Shown: positions 42,215-55,652 of the stretch, piece after piece
How positions within the stretch are numbered: position 1 is the first letter of the stretch
Layout: the number at the start of each line of letters is the position of its first letter
NCBI RefSeq assembly: GCF_006345805.1
Contig: NW_021833936.1
Location: 9,950-73,949, forward strand
DNA length: 64,000 bases
DNA from: Octopus sinensis
Taxonomy: Eukaryota
Direction of reading: 5' to 3'
Translations under genes and position numbers: made by a program
The notes under the pieces: model-generated
The model's database searches: none
What the model was told of the DNA's origin: nothing
Seen by the model: only the letters and a program-made list of their open reading frames with translations

Positions 42215-43031
42215 ATTGGGTAATGTAATTGTAAATATGAAAAAAAGGTGGGATGACCATGCTTGGAATATACTTGATCAAATGTTTCTTTGATTGGAGC
42301 TGACTTGAACAACATCAGTAACAGACTGCTTAGAGTATAATATGTTATTACTGCAACACAGAAACACTGCAACACTGCACTGTATATAATTAATCATTAA
42401 ATGTCAGAATGCATAACATATCTGCAGTTATGGGTCAATGATCGAGCAAATCTTTAACCACGAAGGCTGAGTGCCTAACGCGACAAAAGCTTGTTAGATC
42501 AGAATAAACATGTGTTATACGTCACTATTTCTCATACCACCACCTATAATCATCCACAAAGAGGCAGGTGTTAACCTGGCCCTTCGATCTGCTAGAAACA
42601 GCAACTAAATATTCCTAGAGACATAGCATTATTTAAAAATAAAAACATTAAAGGTACATATAATGATGTAGACGTAACTAACGTGTGGGATGGTCACGAC
42701 TGGACAACATGCAATCTTGCTCATTTAAAGATGAACTTTGGCTAAACCACGGTATCAACAAGCATTGCAATCACCAGTTTTCTTCGAAGTTCTATGATGC
42801 TACACTGTTTCCAGTTTAATTCCCGGTTCGCTCTCGATTTCTTTAACTTTCATCTCTCTGGACTGTGGTGTTGCATGGTCGATGCAAAATCAATATTAGG
42901 TTTTTCTTTATTCCTGAAAAGAGAGACAAATGATAAAAGGACTTCCAGCGGCAACCATCCAATTTTTCCTCAGGAACATTCAAAATCTTTGTTATTGCTG
43001 TTGTTATACGAAGGAGTTCTATCCATGACTT

Positions 43032-43414
43032 TGGAAGCACTCCGTCGGTTACGACGACGAGGGTTCCGGTTGATCCGAATCAACGGAACAGCCTGCTCGT
43101 GAAATTAACGTGTAAGTGGCTGAGCACTCCACAGACACGTGTACCCTTAACGTAGTTCTCGGGGATATTCAGCGTGACACAGAGAGTGACAAGGCCGGCC
43201 CTTTGAAATACAGGTACAACAGAAACAGGAAGTAAGAGTGAGAGAAAGTTGTGGTGAAAGAGTACAGCAGGGATCACCACCATCCCCTGCCGGAGCCTCG
43301 TGGAGCTTTAGGTGTCTTCGCTCAATAAACACTCACAACGCCCGGTCTGGGAATCGAAACCACGATCCTACGACCGCGAGTCCGCTGCCCTAACCACTGG
43401 GCCATTACGCCTCC
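43032..43414 (-). mobile_element. SINE-B, full length
   Basis: TSD ccatgact. Confidence 0.9.
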
Positions 43415-43811
43415 ATGACTATTCCACATTATTTCAGATATAGTATATGTATCTGAAAGTTAAGGGTGTAAATGCTGCAAAATTCGTTGTCGTTAACGTG
43501 TTGGGCGGCAACTATTCCAGCACACTGTTCTGAGTTCAAATGGCGCCAAAGTCAACTTTACCTTTCATCAATCAGAAGCTCATATATAAAGCACTACTCT
43601 AGGGCAGTGGATTAGCAGAATCGTCAGACCTTCAGACAGATCTTTGAATTCTTGGTTCAAATCCACCAGGTTCCTTTAGTTGAGTTCACTCTGTTGTAGG
43701 CATCAGGGTAAGATTTCTAATTTAAGGACACATACCTCCTCCTATCCCTTTTTCTCCATCTGTCTTATGAGCAAGTATTATGAGTAATGTTCTTTCACCT
43801 GACTAAAAAGT

Positions 43812-43866
<55 letters not shown>

Positions 43867-43984
43867 TAGATAGATAGATAGATCTTTTATCTTTTATGTG
43901 TTTCAGTCATTAGACTGCAGCCATGCTGGGGCACCGCCTTGCAGAGTTTATAGTGGAGCGAATCTAGCCCAGTACTTATTTAAG

Positions 43985-44368
43985 CAGAAATGTTAGCACG
44001 CCGGGCGAAATGCTTAGCAGTATTTCGTCTGCCGCTACGTTCTGAGTTCAAATTCCGCCGAGGTCGACTTTGCCTTTCATCCTTTCGTGATCGATTAAAT
44101 AAGTACCAGTTACGCATTGGAGTCGGTATAATCGACTTAATCACTTTGTCTGTCCTTGTTTGTCCCTGCTGTGTTTAGCTCTTTGTGGGTAGTAAAGAAA
44201 TAGGTATTTCGTCTGTCTTTACGTTCTGAGTTCAAATTCCTCCGAGGTCGACTTTGCCTTTCATCCTATCGGGGTCGATAAATTAAGTACCAGTTGTGTA
44301 CTTTGTCGATCTAATCCACTGACCGCCTCATCAAAAATTTCCGGCCTTGTGCCTAGAGTAGAAAAAAA
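43985..44368 (+). mobile_element. SINE-C dimer (C1 then C2)
   Basis: Junction aaagaaataggtatttcgtc at about 44195-44215. Confidence 0.85.
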
Positions 44369-44374
44369 TAAATA

Positions 44375-44600
44375 TCTTTTTATATTTCACTTGTTTCAAT
44401 CATTAGGCTGCGGCCATGCTGCAGCACCATCTTAAAGAATTTTTAGTCGAATGTATCGACACCAGTACTTATTTTTAAGCTCATGATGTTTATTCTATCA
44501 GTCGCTTCTGCAGAACCGCGAAGTTACGAGGACGTAAAAAAACCAGCACCGGTTCTCAAGCGGTGATAGGGGACAAACACACACCTTCTTGTGTGTATGT
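44375..44600 (-). mobile_element. SINE-A 3' half, diverged
   Basis: Homology to the SINE-A tail. Confidence 0.75.
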
Positions 44601-44614
44601 GTGTATGTGTGTGT

Positions 44615-44760
44615 GTGTACCAGAGTAAGCTCATAAATGTGAAACAAGGTGGAAAGAAATAGTACTCGAATACCGGAGGTAGAGTAATATGCTTTATTAT
44701 TAAATCTATAAAAGCATTACAAAAGTGTGATGTTTTTGCAGCTTTAATGATAAAGTATAT
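44615..44760 (-). mobile_element. Second Penelope-like pseudo-LTR fragment with short inversion
   Basis: 44632-44698 reverse complement matches 3631-3695; 18-bp inverted arms at 44687-44704 and 44743-44760. Confidence 0.55.
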
Positions 44761-44974
44761 CCGTGTAATAAGGTTCAACAAAAAGAGAACTCCATCTAGC
44801 GAGAGTAAAAATATTGCTCTATACGATCACCTCACATGCATACACCACGCTACTGATAGTTTCACGAACTTGGGTTTCCATGTATGTGAAACTATAATAG
44901 TGTGGTTTATGCATGTAAGGTGATCGTATAAAATAATATATATATATATAGATATATATATATATAGATATATA

Positions 44975-45283
44975 TTGTTTTGTTTGTTCCTTCTCGAGCC
45001 ACGCCTGGCTCATTAGAGCCGGTTTCCCGGTTTCCTTGGCGTATAGGTTCCCGACCTGGACGGGACGCCGGTCAGTCGCAGGTGAGCTGCAAGATGCAGG
45101 AGGAAAGAGTGAGAGAAAGTTGTGGCGAAAGAGTCAGCAGAAGTTCGCCATTACCTTCTGCCGGAGCCGCGTGGAGCTTAGGTGTTTCGCTCATAATCAT
45201 ACGCATCGCCCGGTCTAAGATTCGAACCCGCGATCCCTCTACCACGAGTCCGCTACTCTAAACACTAGGCCATGTGCCTCCAC
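44975..45283 (-). mobile_element. SINE, head B + V-like tail
   Basis: Head B variant followed by gcgactgaccggcgtcccgtccagg...gaaaccgggaaaccggc and an (acaa) tail. Confidence 0.8.
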
Positions 45284-45334
45284 TCTCTCTCTCCCCCTCT
45301 CTCTCTCCCCCTCTCTCCCTCTCTCTCTCTAGAT

Positions 45335-45525
45335 ATATATGTGTATGTGTGTGTGTGTGTGTGTGTGGCGGGCTTCTTTCAGTTTCCGTCTACCAAATCC
45401 ACTCGCAAGGATTTGGTCGGCCCGAGGCTATAGTAGAAGACACTTGTACTACGTGTCACGCAGTGGGATCGAACCCGGAACCATGTGTTTGGGAAGCAAG
45501 TTTCTTACTACACAGCTACGCCTGT
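45335..45525 (-). mobile_element. SINE-A 5' half, diverged
   Basis: Homology to the SINE-A head. Confidence 0.75.
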
Positions 45526-45529
45526 TGCA

Positions 45530-46106
45530 CAGTTTGATGGTGGTGGTCATGGTGGTGGTAATGTGTAGACGGGGTGATGGTGGTGATGAGAGTGGTCGTG
45601 CTGCAGTAGTTGTTGTGATTGCCGTGGCAATAGTGTCGTAGTGGCCTTAATGCTAATGTTAATGGACGATGTGGTGGTGGTGGCGGCGGTGGTAGAGTTA
45701 GATTTATTGCGGTTGTGGTGGTGAACCTAGTGTGGGGGAGGGGGACGAAGTACTGGTAATAGTTTGGTGGTGCTGTTGGTAGTGGTGGTGGTGGTGGTGG
45801 TGGTGAGACGAGCTGGAGTTGTGATGGCCGTTGTGGTGATGCTAGTGCGGTGGCGTTAATGATGAAGATGACGATGGAAGATTTATCGGTGGGGGCCATG
45901 ATGATGATGATGATGGCGGTGGTGGTGGTGGCAGTGCTGGTGGCGGTGATGGTGAGGATAAAGATGGTAATGATGATGATGATGATGATGAAGATGATGA
46001 TGATGATGGTGTTAATTACTGTAGCAACAATCACGTAAGAAATTGTAATCAACAGCTGCAACAGCAACAACAACATAGCTTCTAAAACAACAGCAGCAGC
46101 AGCTGC

Positions 46107-46160
<54 letters not shown>

Positions 46161-46700
46161 GGTGGTGGTGGTGGTGGTGGTGGTGGTGGTGGTGGTGGTA
46201 GTGGTGGTGTGGTGGTGGTGGTGGTGGTGGTGGTGGTAGTAGTAGTGGTGGTGGTGGTGGTGGTGGTGGTGGTGGTAGTAGTAGTAGTGGTGGTGGTGAT
46301 GGTGGTAGTAGTAGTAGTGGTGGTGGTGGTGGTGGTGTGGTGGTGGTGGTAGTAGTGGTGGTGGTGGTGGTGGTGGTGGTGGTGGTGGTGGTGGTAGTGG
46401 TAGTAGTAGTAGTAGTATTGGTGGTGGTGGTGGTGGTGATGGTGGTAGTAGTAGCAGTAGTAGTTGTTATTGTAGGATGAGGAGGAGGAGGAGGACGACG
46501 ACGACGACGATGACGACGAGCACTAGCAGCACCAGTTGTAGTAACAGTAGTAATAGTAGTAGCAGGAGGAGTAGTAGTAATAGCTGAGACCATGGCATCA
46601 ATTGTATCAATGAATATCAGGAATAGTCGCAGCAGCAGCAGCAGCAGTAGCAGCAGCAGTAGCAGTCGTTGTAGTAGCAGCAGCAGCAACGGCAACAGCA
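45530..46700. repeat. Compound trinucleotide array (GGT, GAT, GTA, CAG)
   Basis: Directly visible. Confidence 0.9.
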
Positions 46701-47041
46701 GAACTGGGAGCAGTAGTGCCAGCAGCAGGAGATCGATTCGCTGTCTTCGCAGCAACCATTTTACTTGCTTGCTCAGTCCACTGTCTGCAAGCACACATAC
46801 ACACACACACGCACACGCACACGCACACACACAACACACACACACACACACACACACACAAATATGCACATACATACATACATACAGACAGACTTGTATG
46901 TACATACATATAATCATGCATGCACACATGCATACATATATGAATACATACATACTTACATACATACATACATCGATAGATTTGTACAGAGTCGTACATA
47001 TAAGCATAAATGCATACAAACACAATATATGCATATATATG

Positions 47042-47116
<75 letters not shown>

Positions 47117-47271
47117 ATATATATATACAATAACGTATGCATGTCTTCATACATACATTGCGTTATTATCTTCCATACTCACACATTAACCCACACACTT
47201 TCACCATATCATTGTGTTGTAATACATATTCGCTATCTTATATCACATTTACACAACACACACACACATGC

Positions 47272-47312
<41 letters not shown>

Positions 47313-47874
47313 GCACGTACACACACACACACACACACACATGGATACATATGCACACACGCAACACACGCATAAACCCGCACTTAAACCGCCATACACA
47401 TGCGCAAACTCTCTTATATAGAACTTTGCATAAGTGTAACGACATGCCTTTCTAACACATGCACACAGATATGCATCTTCGGCAAGAAACAGATGCATGC
47501 ATGAATACGATTAGAAAAACACTTTAAAGATATATCATCCCCAAGTGCCTATGTGTGTGAGAAGGGGGTTGAGCTACATATGTATATTCGTACATAAAAG
47601 AACGCATGCGGATATTATTATTTGTTCGTCCTATGAAGAAATGCAAAGCCGCTATTTTCATACGGTCCAGCTTGGCTATACATGCATATACGCGTGAGAT
47701 GTTTGCGCAGAGTAATTTTGTAATTCTCTTAAAGTCAGTGGTTTTGCCTGAACGAAGCTTAGGTTAATGCTTGCTAAGAAGACGCACGTTCGAAAAGCTT
47801 ACCGTCAATTTTTTTAATTTTTTTTATGTTGGACAGGATATGCTGGATGTATAGAAAGAAAGCTACGACATATA

Positions 47875-47990
47875 CGAGGGGAGAGCTGAAAAGTTCCTGA
47901 CTTGTGCTTATAGTAGAAAGTACTATCAAAACGTCTATCTGCAAGAGCCGCGTTGGAATGACCTAACCGTACATCATTGCTACTTTGTGA
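47875..47990 (+). mobile_element. Mariner 5' terminal fragment
   Basis: TA followed by cgagggagagctgaaaagttcctgac, a mariner-like TIR; no partner TIR found. Confidence 0.5.
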
Positions 47991-50212
47991 ATCAGAACAG
48001 GAACACAAAGGCAGCAGGATTACGCACCAAGGGAGGCCAAAAGCTGTGGCAGTAAACTTTAATGTGTTTTTTTTCAGCAGATTGAATTTCTGGTAGCTTC
48101 CTACAGTTGGGAGCATGAACCAATTGTCTTGGGTCAAGCTGGCCATTGAAGCTATCTCCTTCACAGCGAAGATAGTAATAATGAATGCGATGAACTTGGA
48201 TGCAGGCATGGTTGTATGATGAAGAGGTTTGCTTCGCAACCACTTGGTTCCAAGTTCTATCCCTTGTCACGGCTCGTTGGGTAAAGGTCTTCTCCGATAG
48301 CTTCGGGTTGACCAATATCTGAGCAATGTAAGTCGTTAGGCAGATGTGCAGAACCCCCCTCATCAATATATAAAGTAATATTCCAGAAACCCTTTAGTAT
48401 CTGTTTATCGTTTAAATGCTAAAGGGACTTCTGAATCCTTTTAACCTACATTGATATAAACTCTCCCTCTCTCCTTCTGTCTTTCCCTCTCTCTCACTCA
48501 TACATAAACACATATACACTCGTTCATACACCTCCCCACACATACACACACTTGCTATTTGTAGACTCGTCGATGACAGTACATTTTAAAGAACAGCAAC
48601 AGAAGATACAGCAGCGCATGGAACCGGAGAATTACTACTGCTATTGCACAATGCCAGCGTTATTATATTCTCCTCGAACAAGGAACTCTGAAAAAGTGGT
48701 ATTTCATCATTGCAGACACGCGTGAAAATCCAACTGCTACACTAACAATGACTACCACTGAGACCCAAGAACCATTGGCCATAGTCTAGAAGATATTTGC
48801 TTAACGTCTTGATGTTGTTTAACAGTGGTATTGGTATGTGCATGTCCTATTATTAGTGTTTTTGTTGTGAAGAAGTTCCAGCAGCAAGAATGACCCAAGC
48901 CATTGGTTCAAGCGCTCAGCTGTAGGAGGTTCCTGAAAATCCAGTCTGTTGGAAACTGCCACAGCTTGTTTTTCTTTCTTAGTGTGTATTCCAATGGCTT
49001 TTGGAAACTCCACAGTGTAGCAGGGAACAGCAAACAGATCGTTCCAATGCAGCTAAGAAGCCTAGCTATCCCTCTTGTAGACAGATATTTTGATAAAACG
49101 GGCATCAGATGTTCGGAGATAGAGACTCTATAAGCGAGCATCACAAATGGTGGACGTGTCCTATGCCCATGAAGCTAAGTGGTATGGAACTGAATTAAGT
49201 TATTATTAAGTACATGTAACCCCACCCAAGTGAAGGCACGAGGTTTAGCAGTAAAGCGTTAATCAAAAGCATTCCCTCTAATGATCATTCCAGACTTTTT
49301 TCAGATTTAGTGTATCTATTTAGAACTACATTATTCAATGTGTACTTCCCTTTTTATGATGATAGGGCATACGTTGAATGAGATTTAGTTGTTGTTTCTA
49401 ACTTGATTGACTGCATAAAAGAGCCCGCTTTGTCTCTCATTAATGTTATGTCATTAGAAAGTGATTGGGAGTGGGAGCAGATGCGAAACAATACCAGATA
49501 AAATGTTTGCTATATTCGATCGCGTCCTTTTCCAGTTTCAGTTCAAAAATCGCCATAGAGTGAGTACCAGTAATATGCTGAAGTTTATCTTTACCGAAAG
49601 TATACCTTTTATTCAGATTGAGGTTCATGTAAAACATTCCTGGTTAGAAACTCTCTGTCTATAACAAGCAGCAAACTGACACTAAGATGGGCAAAGGTCA
49701 AGTAAAACATTCCGATTTGAAATATTTCTATCTATAATAAGCAGCATTATATCTGCAGATAAGATTTATTTGTTCCAAATAAAATGTAGGATAATCTATA
49801 CATGATAGATCATAAAAAAATTGTCAAGAACAAGTCTGCCCAAAAGTACCTGCTGTACAGGAATACAGTAGACCAACAGCCATTTCGAAAGTGCCAAGAA
49901 CCTGTAATTGTGAAACAATAAATCCATTGTTTTTAAACGACCAGATTTGTTATTCAACTAGAATATCTAATACCCAGTCAGCATCTAACGTGCCAGAATT
50001 CACTGGTTATATCTCAAGCTACAGCTAATAATGAGTTCTTGCTCGTTATATTTGCTCACAGGTTTGGATAAACGAGCCAATGAAAGAACTTCTATATCAT
50101 CGTCCGATAAGAGTACTGTATACCCGAGAAAAGGCGAGATGGTCATGGCGTGAAACTTTTCTGTCAGGGATATTCTTAGTCAGGGCCGAGTTAAGGCTGA
50201 ACAGCAACAACA

Positions 50213-50610
50213 GTGGAGGCGCAATGGCTGAGTGGTTAGGGCAGCGGACTCGCGGATTCGATTCCCAGACCGGGCGTCGTGTGTGTTTATTGAGCGAAAA
50301 CACCTAAAGCTCCACGAGGCTCCGGCAGAAGGTGGTGGCGACCCCTGTTGTACTCTTTCGCTCCAACTTTCTCTCATTCTTTCTTCCTGTTTATTGTCCC
50401 CGACTTCCTACGCAACCGCTGAGCCTGGATGCGCATTCATCCATCCGTCGATGCTCTCGGTGTCGGGGGTTGACCTGCTCTCTCTTCTGCGGGTCTTACG
50501 AATAGCAAAGGACCACGTTTCGGACTTCTCCCACTACAGACAATCCCGAGGCGCGATCTTGCGAGCTCTGGGACGAAGACCGCATCCCTCAACAAACAAA
50601 CAAACAAACA
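50213..50610 (+). mobile_element. SINE, head B + third tail ending in (ACAA)n
   Basis: Head B to ~50390, unrelated ~200-bp tail, flanking aacagcaacaa duplication. Confidence 0.75.
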
Positions 50611-51969
50611 AACAGCAACAAGTTCTGGACATCGGTCAATGAAGGTGCCTTTATGTGATCACTCAATCCGTTAGAAATGGTAGTTGAGTTACCCTCAAAT
50701 TACAGCCTGCCATTTAATAAAAAAATGGAGCTTTTTTTTAGTTTTATATCAGGAAAAAGACGGTACAGTCGTGGCTGGAGTGCCTTGAACCATGGATCTC
50801 CGATTAGGGCTGACCTGGCACTACACGGCAGCGATGTTTGGACAAATGTAAATCACTTAACTGCGACCACAAAGCAATTACTGATAGTAAAGAGACTATC
50901 ATTAATCGACAAACCACTGAGTTACATAACACTGTTCTAGCTGTTCTTAAGTAAGAAGCCAACGATGTGTAACTATAAAAGAGAAAGTCACCAATAGATT
51001 AGGTATTGTCACGGTATATAACGCATATTCCCACACACACGCGCACATACACACGCGCGCACGCACACGTATGCACATACTGCATTGATAATCCTAATCA
51101 TTGCTGATGGATGGATCTGATTTGGGATAGTCAAGCAATTGGCTCTATTTATCACACTTGCGTAAAGTAAATAGATATTGATTACTTAATTGATTGGTTC
51201 TTTTTGTTTTTTGTTTTTTTTTATTTATTTTCATCGGTGGAAAGGAAATCCAACTGTAATATACCAGCTGGTGATATTCACTCCTATATATATCACTTAA
51301 CTATAATACATTTCCAGAATTTTCTCTCCTTCAAATAATGTTACGCACAACGCTTCGTATAATTCTCTACACCTCATATAACATCTTCAATGTAACACTT
51401 GCTATAATACTCACCACAACACTATATTTTATCTTTCAATACAGCTCTCCATATAACACTACATACAAACCATCTTTCGTCTTACAACACAGCACTCTAC
51501 ATACACAGTTTTATCACTCAGGCCACATTAAGTATAAACACTCCACGCACCAAATGACAACTTGTTTTGTGGTTAACCCAACAGAACAATTTACAGGAGG
51601 TCTGGATTTCAATTGGAGCAGGCGATGAGAAAACAGTTTAATAGCGTTGCTTCAGTATGGCCACAGCCTTTGGACATTAACACATAAAGGAATAAAGGAA
51701 TGCCACTCTACACGCAATATGCATTATCATTCAGCATATCATTCTACATACTGTTTCAATACAATCTTACACATCACGCTGCATTAACCAATCGCCAAAT
51801 AACACATACCAAAACGAGACAGACGAAGAAGCTTCTAGGCGGTCAATTGGCCTGTTAGAAATATCAGCCAGATCTCCCTCAAATCACTGTCTTTAAAATG
51901 GATGCAATGAACTGTGTAGTCGGGGGTACACTGTTCTAAAGAAAACAATAAAAATACTTTCTACTATTA

Positions 51970-52350
51970 GGGCGCAGGAGTGACTGTATGGTAAGTAGCT
52001 AGTTTACCAACCACACGGTTCCGGGTTCAGTCCCACTGCGTGGCACCTTGGGCAAGTGTCTTCTACTAAAGCCTCGGGCTGACCAAAGCCTTGTGAGTGG
52101 ATTTGGTTGACGGAAACTAGAAGAAGCCCGTCGTATATTTATATATATATATGTGTGTATGTGTGTATATGTTTGTGTGTCCGTGTTTGTCCTCCCCAAC
52201 ATCGCTTGACAACCGATACTGGTGTGTTTACGTCCCCGTAACTTAGCGGTTCGGCAAAAGAGACCGATAGAATAAGTACTAGGCTTACACAGAATAAACC
52301 CTGGGGTCGATTTGCTCGACTAAAGGCGGTGATCCAGCATGGCCGCAGTA
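51970..52350 (+). mobile_element. SINE-A, nearly full length
   Basis: Homology to the SINE-A consensus. Confidence 0.88.
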
Positions 52351-52693
52351 AAAAAAAAACTATAGGCACAAGACCTGAAATTTAGAGCAGAGAAGGAGGA
52401 AAGGCAAAGTCATCCTCGTCGGAATTTGAACTCAGAACGTAAAGAAAACTATAATAATAAAACCAGCTGGAGCAGTGCCTTCGATCATAAGTCTGCTCAG
52501 TCATAGTCCTTCAAAACTTCCATGCTTTCTGAGATTTGCCAACACTACACCTGATTTTCTCCCCTCCATACACACACAAGCATGTATCTGACTCATACAT
52601 TGTTCGCTTTCCAGACATTTTTACATTACTGCATGTACTTTATATGCACTTTCTGACAAGTTGTGGTGCACCTGAGCACTGTATACAATAATT

Positions 52694-52761
<68 letters not shown>

Positions 52762-52822
52762 GTCGAGTTATTTCAACAAACACCAAATATAATAGAAGAG
52801 CAACAAACACCAAATATGAAAA

Positions 52823-53032
52823 GCGGCAAGGTGGCAGGACCGTTAATACACCTGAGAAAATACTTAGCTGCATTTTCTTCTGGCTATATACGTTCCGAGT
52901 TCAAATTCCGCCGAGGTCGACTTTGTCTTTCATCCTTTCGGGGTCGAGGAAATAAGTACCAGTCAAACACTAGGGTCAATGTAATCGACTTATCACTACC
53001 CCAAATTTACTGGTCTTGTGCCAACTTTTGAA
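52823..53032 (+). mobile_element. SINE-C, C2 type, followed by (ATT)n
   Basis: Homology to SINE-C. Confidence 0.75.
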
Positions 53033-53080
<48 letters not shown>

Positions 53081-53627
53081 GAGTGAGAGAGCAGTGCATG
53101 CCTTCAAAGTGACACTGGGGTAAAATATACGAAGCCCAGTATACCCATCATGACTACCCACCTGATAAGGATACACCAGGCACATGTATCACAACCATAT
53201 GTGCGCGACATGGTTATCTCATATCAAGATAAACAGCGCATGACCTTGCAGGTGGGGCCCAGTTAGAATTTTCTTCTGGTCGCGTAACCCATCCCGCTCA
53301 AAAGGTGCCTGAATAAGGATTGTTTAAGGATGTTGAACGAACCACGCATGTTTCCAAAGGTGAATTATCCAAACCTCTAAGAATTTCTTTCAACACACGG
53401 CTATGATGCTCCCCTACTACTTCTGCTCGTGATCAGAGATGCACGTATCGTCAGCCACTAAGGGACATGGTCAACAGGTTAAGTTCAAACAACTGACAGG
53501 CAAATCTGTGGTATTGAGCAGAATATTTGCTGTAGCCCATCTTTTATACCAAGACAAAACAATGTACATGATAACACATCCAATCAGTTAAGATCAGAAG
53601 CCATGAGAGCCACTGCCTGATACTGCA
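53081..53627. mobile_element. Unclassified ~550-bp interspersed repeat (family F) embedded in (ATT/ATC)n
   Basis: Homologous to 53766-54096 in the opposite orientation; no tRNA head, TIR or ORF seen. Confidence 0.7.
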
Positions 53628-53671
53628 CATCATCATCATCATCATCATCATCATTATTATTATTATTATTA

Positions 53672-53750
<79 letters not shown>

Positions 53751-53765
53751 CATTATTATTATTAT

Positions 53766-54095
53766 GCCCAGACAGTGACTCTCATGGCTTCTGATCTGTT
53801 ATCATGTACATTGCTTCTGGAAGTGTTATCATGTACATTGTTTTGTCTTGCTATAAAAGATGGGCTACAACAAATATTCTGCTCAATACCACAAATTTGC
53901 TTGTTAGTTGTTTGATCTTAACCAGATGAGCATTCCCTTAGTGGCTGATGATATGTACATCTCTGAACACAAGCAGAAATAGTGGGGGAGCATCATAGCC
54001 ATGTGTTGAGAGGAATTCTTTGAGGTTTGAATAATTTATCTCTGGAAACATGGGTGTTTCATTCAACATCCTTAAAGAACCCTTATTCATGGACC

Positions 54096-54096
<1 letters not shown>
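53766..54096. mobile_element. Family F, partial inverted copy
   Basis: Reverse-complement match to 53304-53627. Confidence 0.7.
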
Positions 54097-54132
<36 letters not shown>

Positions 54133-54147
54133 TTATTATTATTATTA

Positions 54148-54352
54148 AGGCAGCAGAATTGTTACTATGCCAGATAAACTACCATTTCTTATGGGTTATT
54201 TACGTTCCGAGTTCAAATTCTACCGAGGTCTACTTCGTCTTTCGTCCTTTCGGGGTCAGTGAAATAATTACCAGTTAAGCACTGGGGTCGATCTAATCGT
54301 CTAGACTCCTACCCCCAAAATTTTAGGCTTTGAGCCCATTGTAGAAAGGATT
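54148..54352 (+). mobile_element. SINE-C, C2 type, diverged
   Basis: Homology to SINE-C. Confidence 0.7.
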
Positions 54353-54741
54353 ATCACTATTATTATGAACGGGACCCCTTGAAAATTCCACATTTCATTA
54401 ACGTTGTTATTTTCTATTTTGATGCATAAATTTATGAATTTTCATAACATTGTTTCATGTTAAAAATCTTGATTATGTCTTCGATTTCGTTCCATAATGG
54501 AAATCGAAAGCGTAGTTGATTCTTTATATAAAACTTCTTATTATGTCCTCCTATCTTCTTTCCTAGTTAAAGTTAATTAAAAGTAATGCTCGGATTTGTG
54601 TATGTGTTAAAATTTTTAATTACCTCTTTGATTTTCGTTTCTTTCAAGGCTATACGAGCGCTGTAACAAGCAGAAGTAAATAGTCGAAAGGAAGGGAAGT
54701 AACTCCAACAATAAGAGACTGCTGGTGGTCATGTAGTAGTA

Positions 54742-55537
54742 GGAGCACTCCGTCTCTTTCTCTTTTTCTCTTTTACTTGTTTCAGTCATTTGACTGCGGC
54801 CATGCTGGAGCACCGCCTTTAATCGAGCAACTCGACCCCAGGACTTATTCTTTTGTAAGCCCAGTACTTATTTTATTGGTCTCTTTTGCCGAACCGCTAA
54901 CTAACGGGGACATAAACACACCAGCATCGTTTGTCAAGCAATGCTAGGGGGACAAACACAAACACACAAACACATACACACACACATATATATATATACA
55001 TATATACGACAGGCTTCTTTCAGTTTCCGTCTACCAAATCCACTCACAAGGCTTTGGTCGGCCCGAGGCTATAGTAGAAGACACTTACCCAAGGTGCCAC
55101 GCAGTGGGACTGAACCCGGAACCATGTGGTTAGTAAACAAGCTACTTAACACAAAGCCACTCCTGCGCCTCGGTTACGACGATGAGGGTCCCAGCTGATA
55201 CGATCAACGGAACAGCTTGCTCGTGGAATTAACGTGCAAGTGGCTGAGCATTCCACAGACACGTGTACCCTTAACGTAGTTCTCGAGGAGATTCAGCGTG
55301 ACACAGAGTGTGACAAGGCTGGCCCTTTGAAATACAGGTACAACAGAAACAGGAAGAAAGAGTGAGAGAAAGTTGTGGTGAAAGAGTACAGCAGGGTTCA
55401 CCACCACCCCCTGCAGGAGCCTTAGAAGCTTTAGGTGTTTTCGCTCAATAAACACTCACAATGCCCGGTCTGGGAATCGAAACAGCGATCCTACGACCGC
55501 GAGTCCGCTGCCCTAACCACTGGGCCATTGCGCCTCC
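54742..55537 (-). mobile_element. SINE-B interrupted by SINE-A
   Basis: gcactccgt (54745) resumes as cggttacgac (55171); TSD ctggtggtcatg on both sides. Confidence 0.88.
54755..55170 (-). mobile_element. SINE-A nested in SINE-B
   Basis: Full-length SINE-A. Confidence 0.9.
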
Positions 55538-55620
55538 TGGTGGTCATGAAGGAGGTGTTGATGTGGTGTGGATACGGCTAGATGAGGAATGACAACAACA
55601 ATATACGATAGAGCGAGAGC

Positions 55621-55652
<32 letters not shown>

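Noticed and set aside
42780-42913. Strong minus-strand acceptor (tctctcttttcAG at 42915-42914) as a coding exon
   Set aside because: All three frames stop within ~70 nt and no convincing donor follows.
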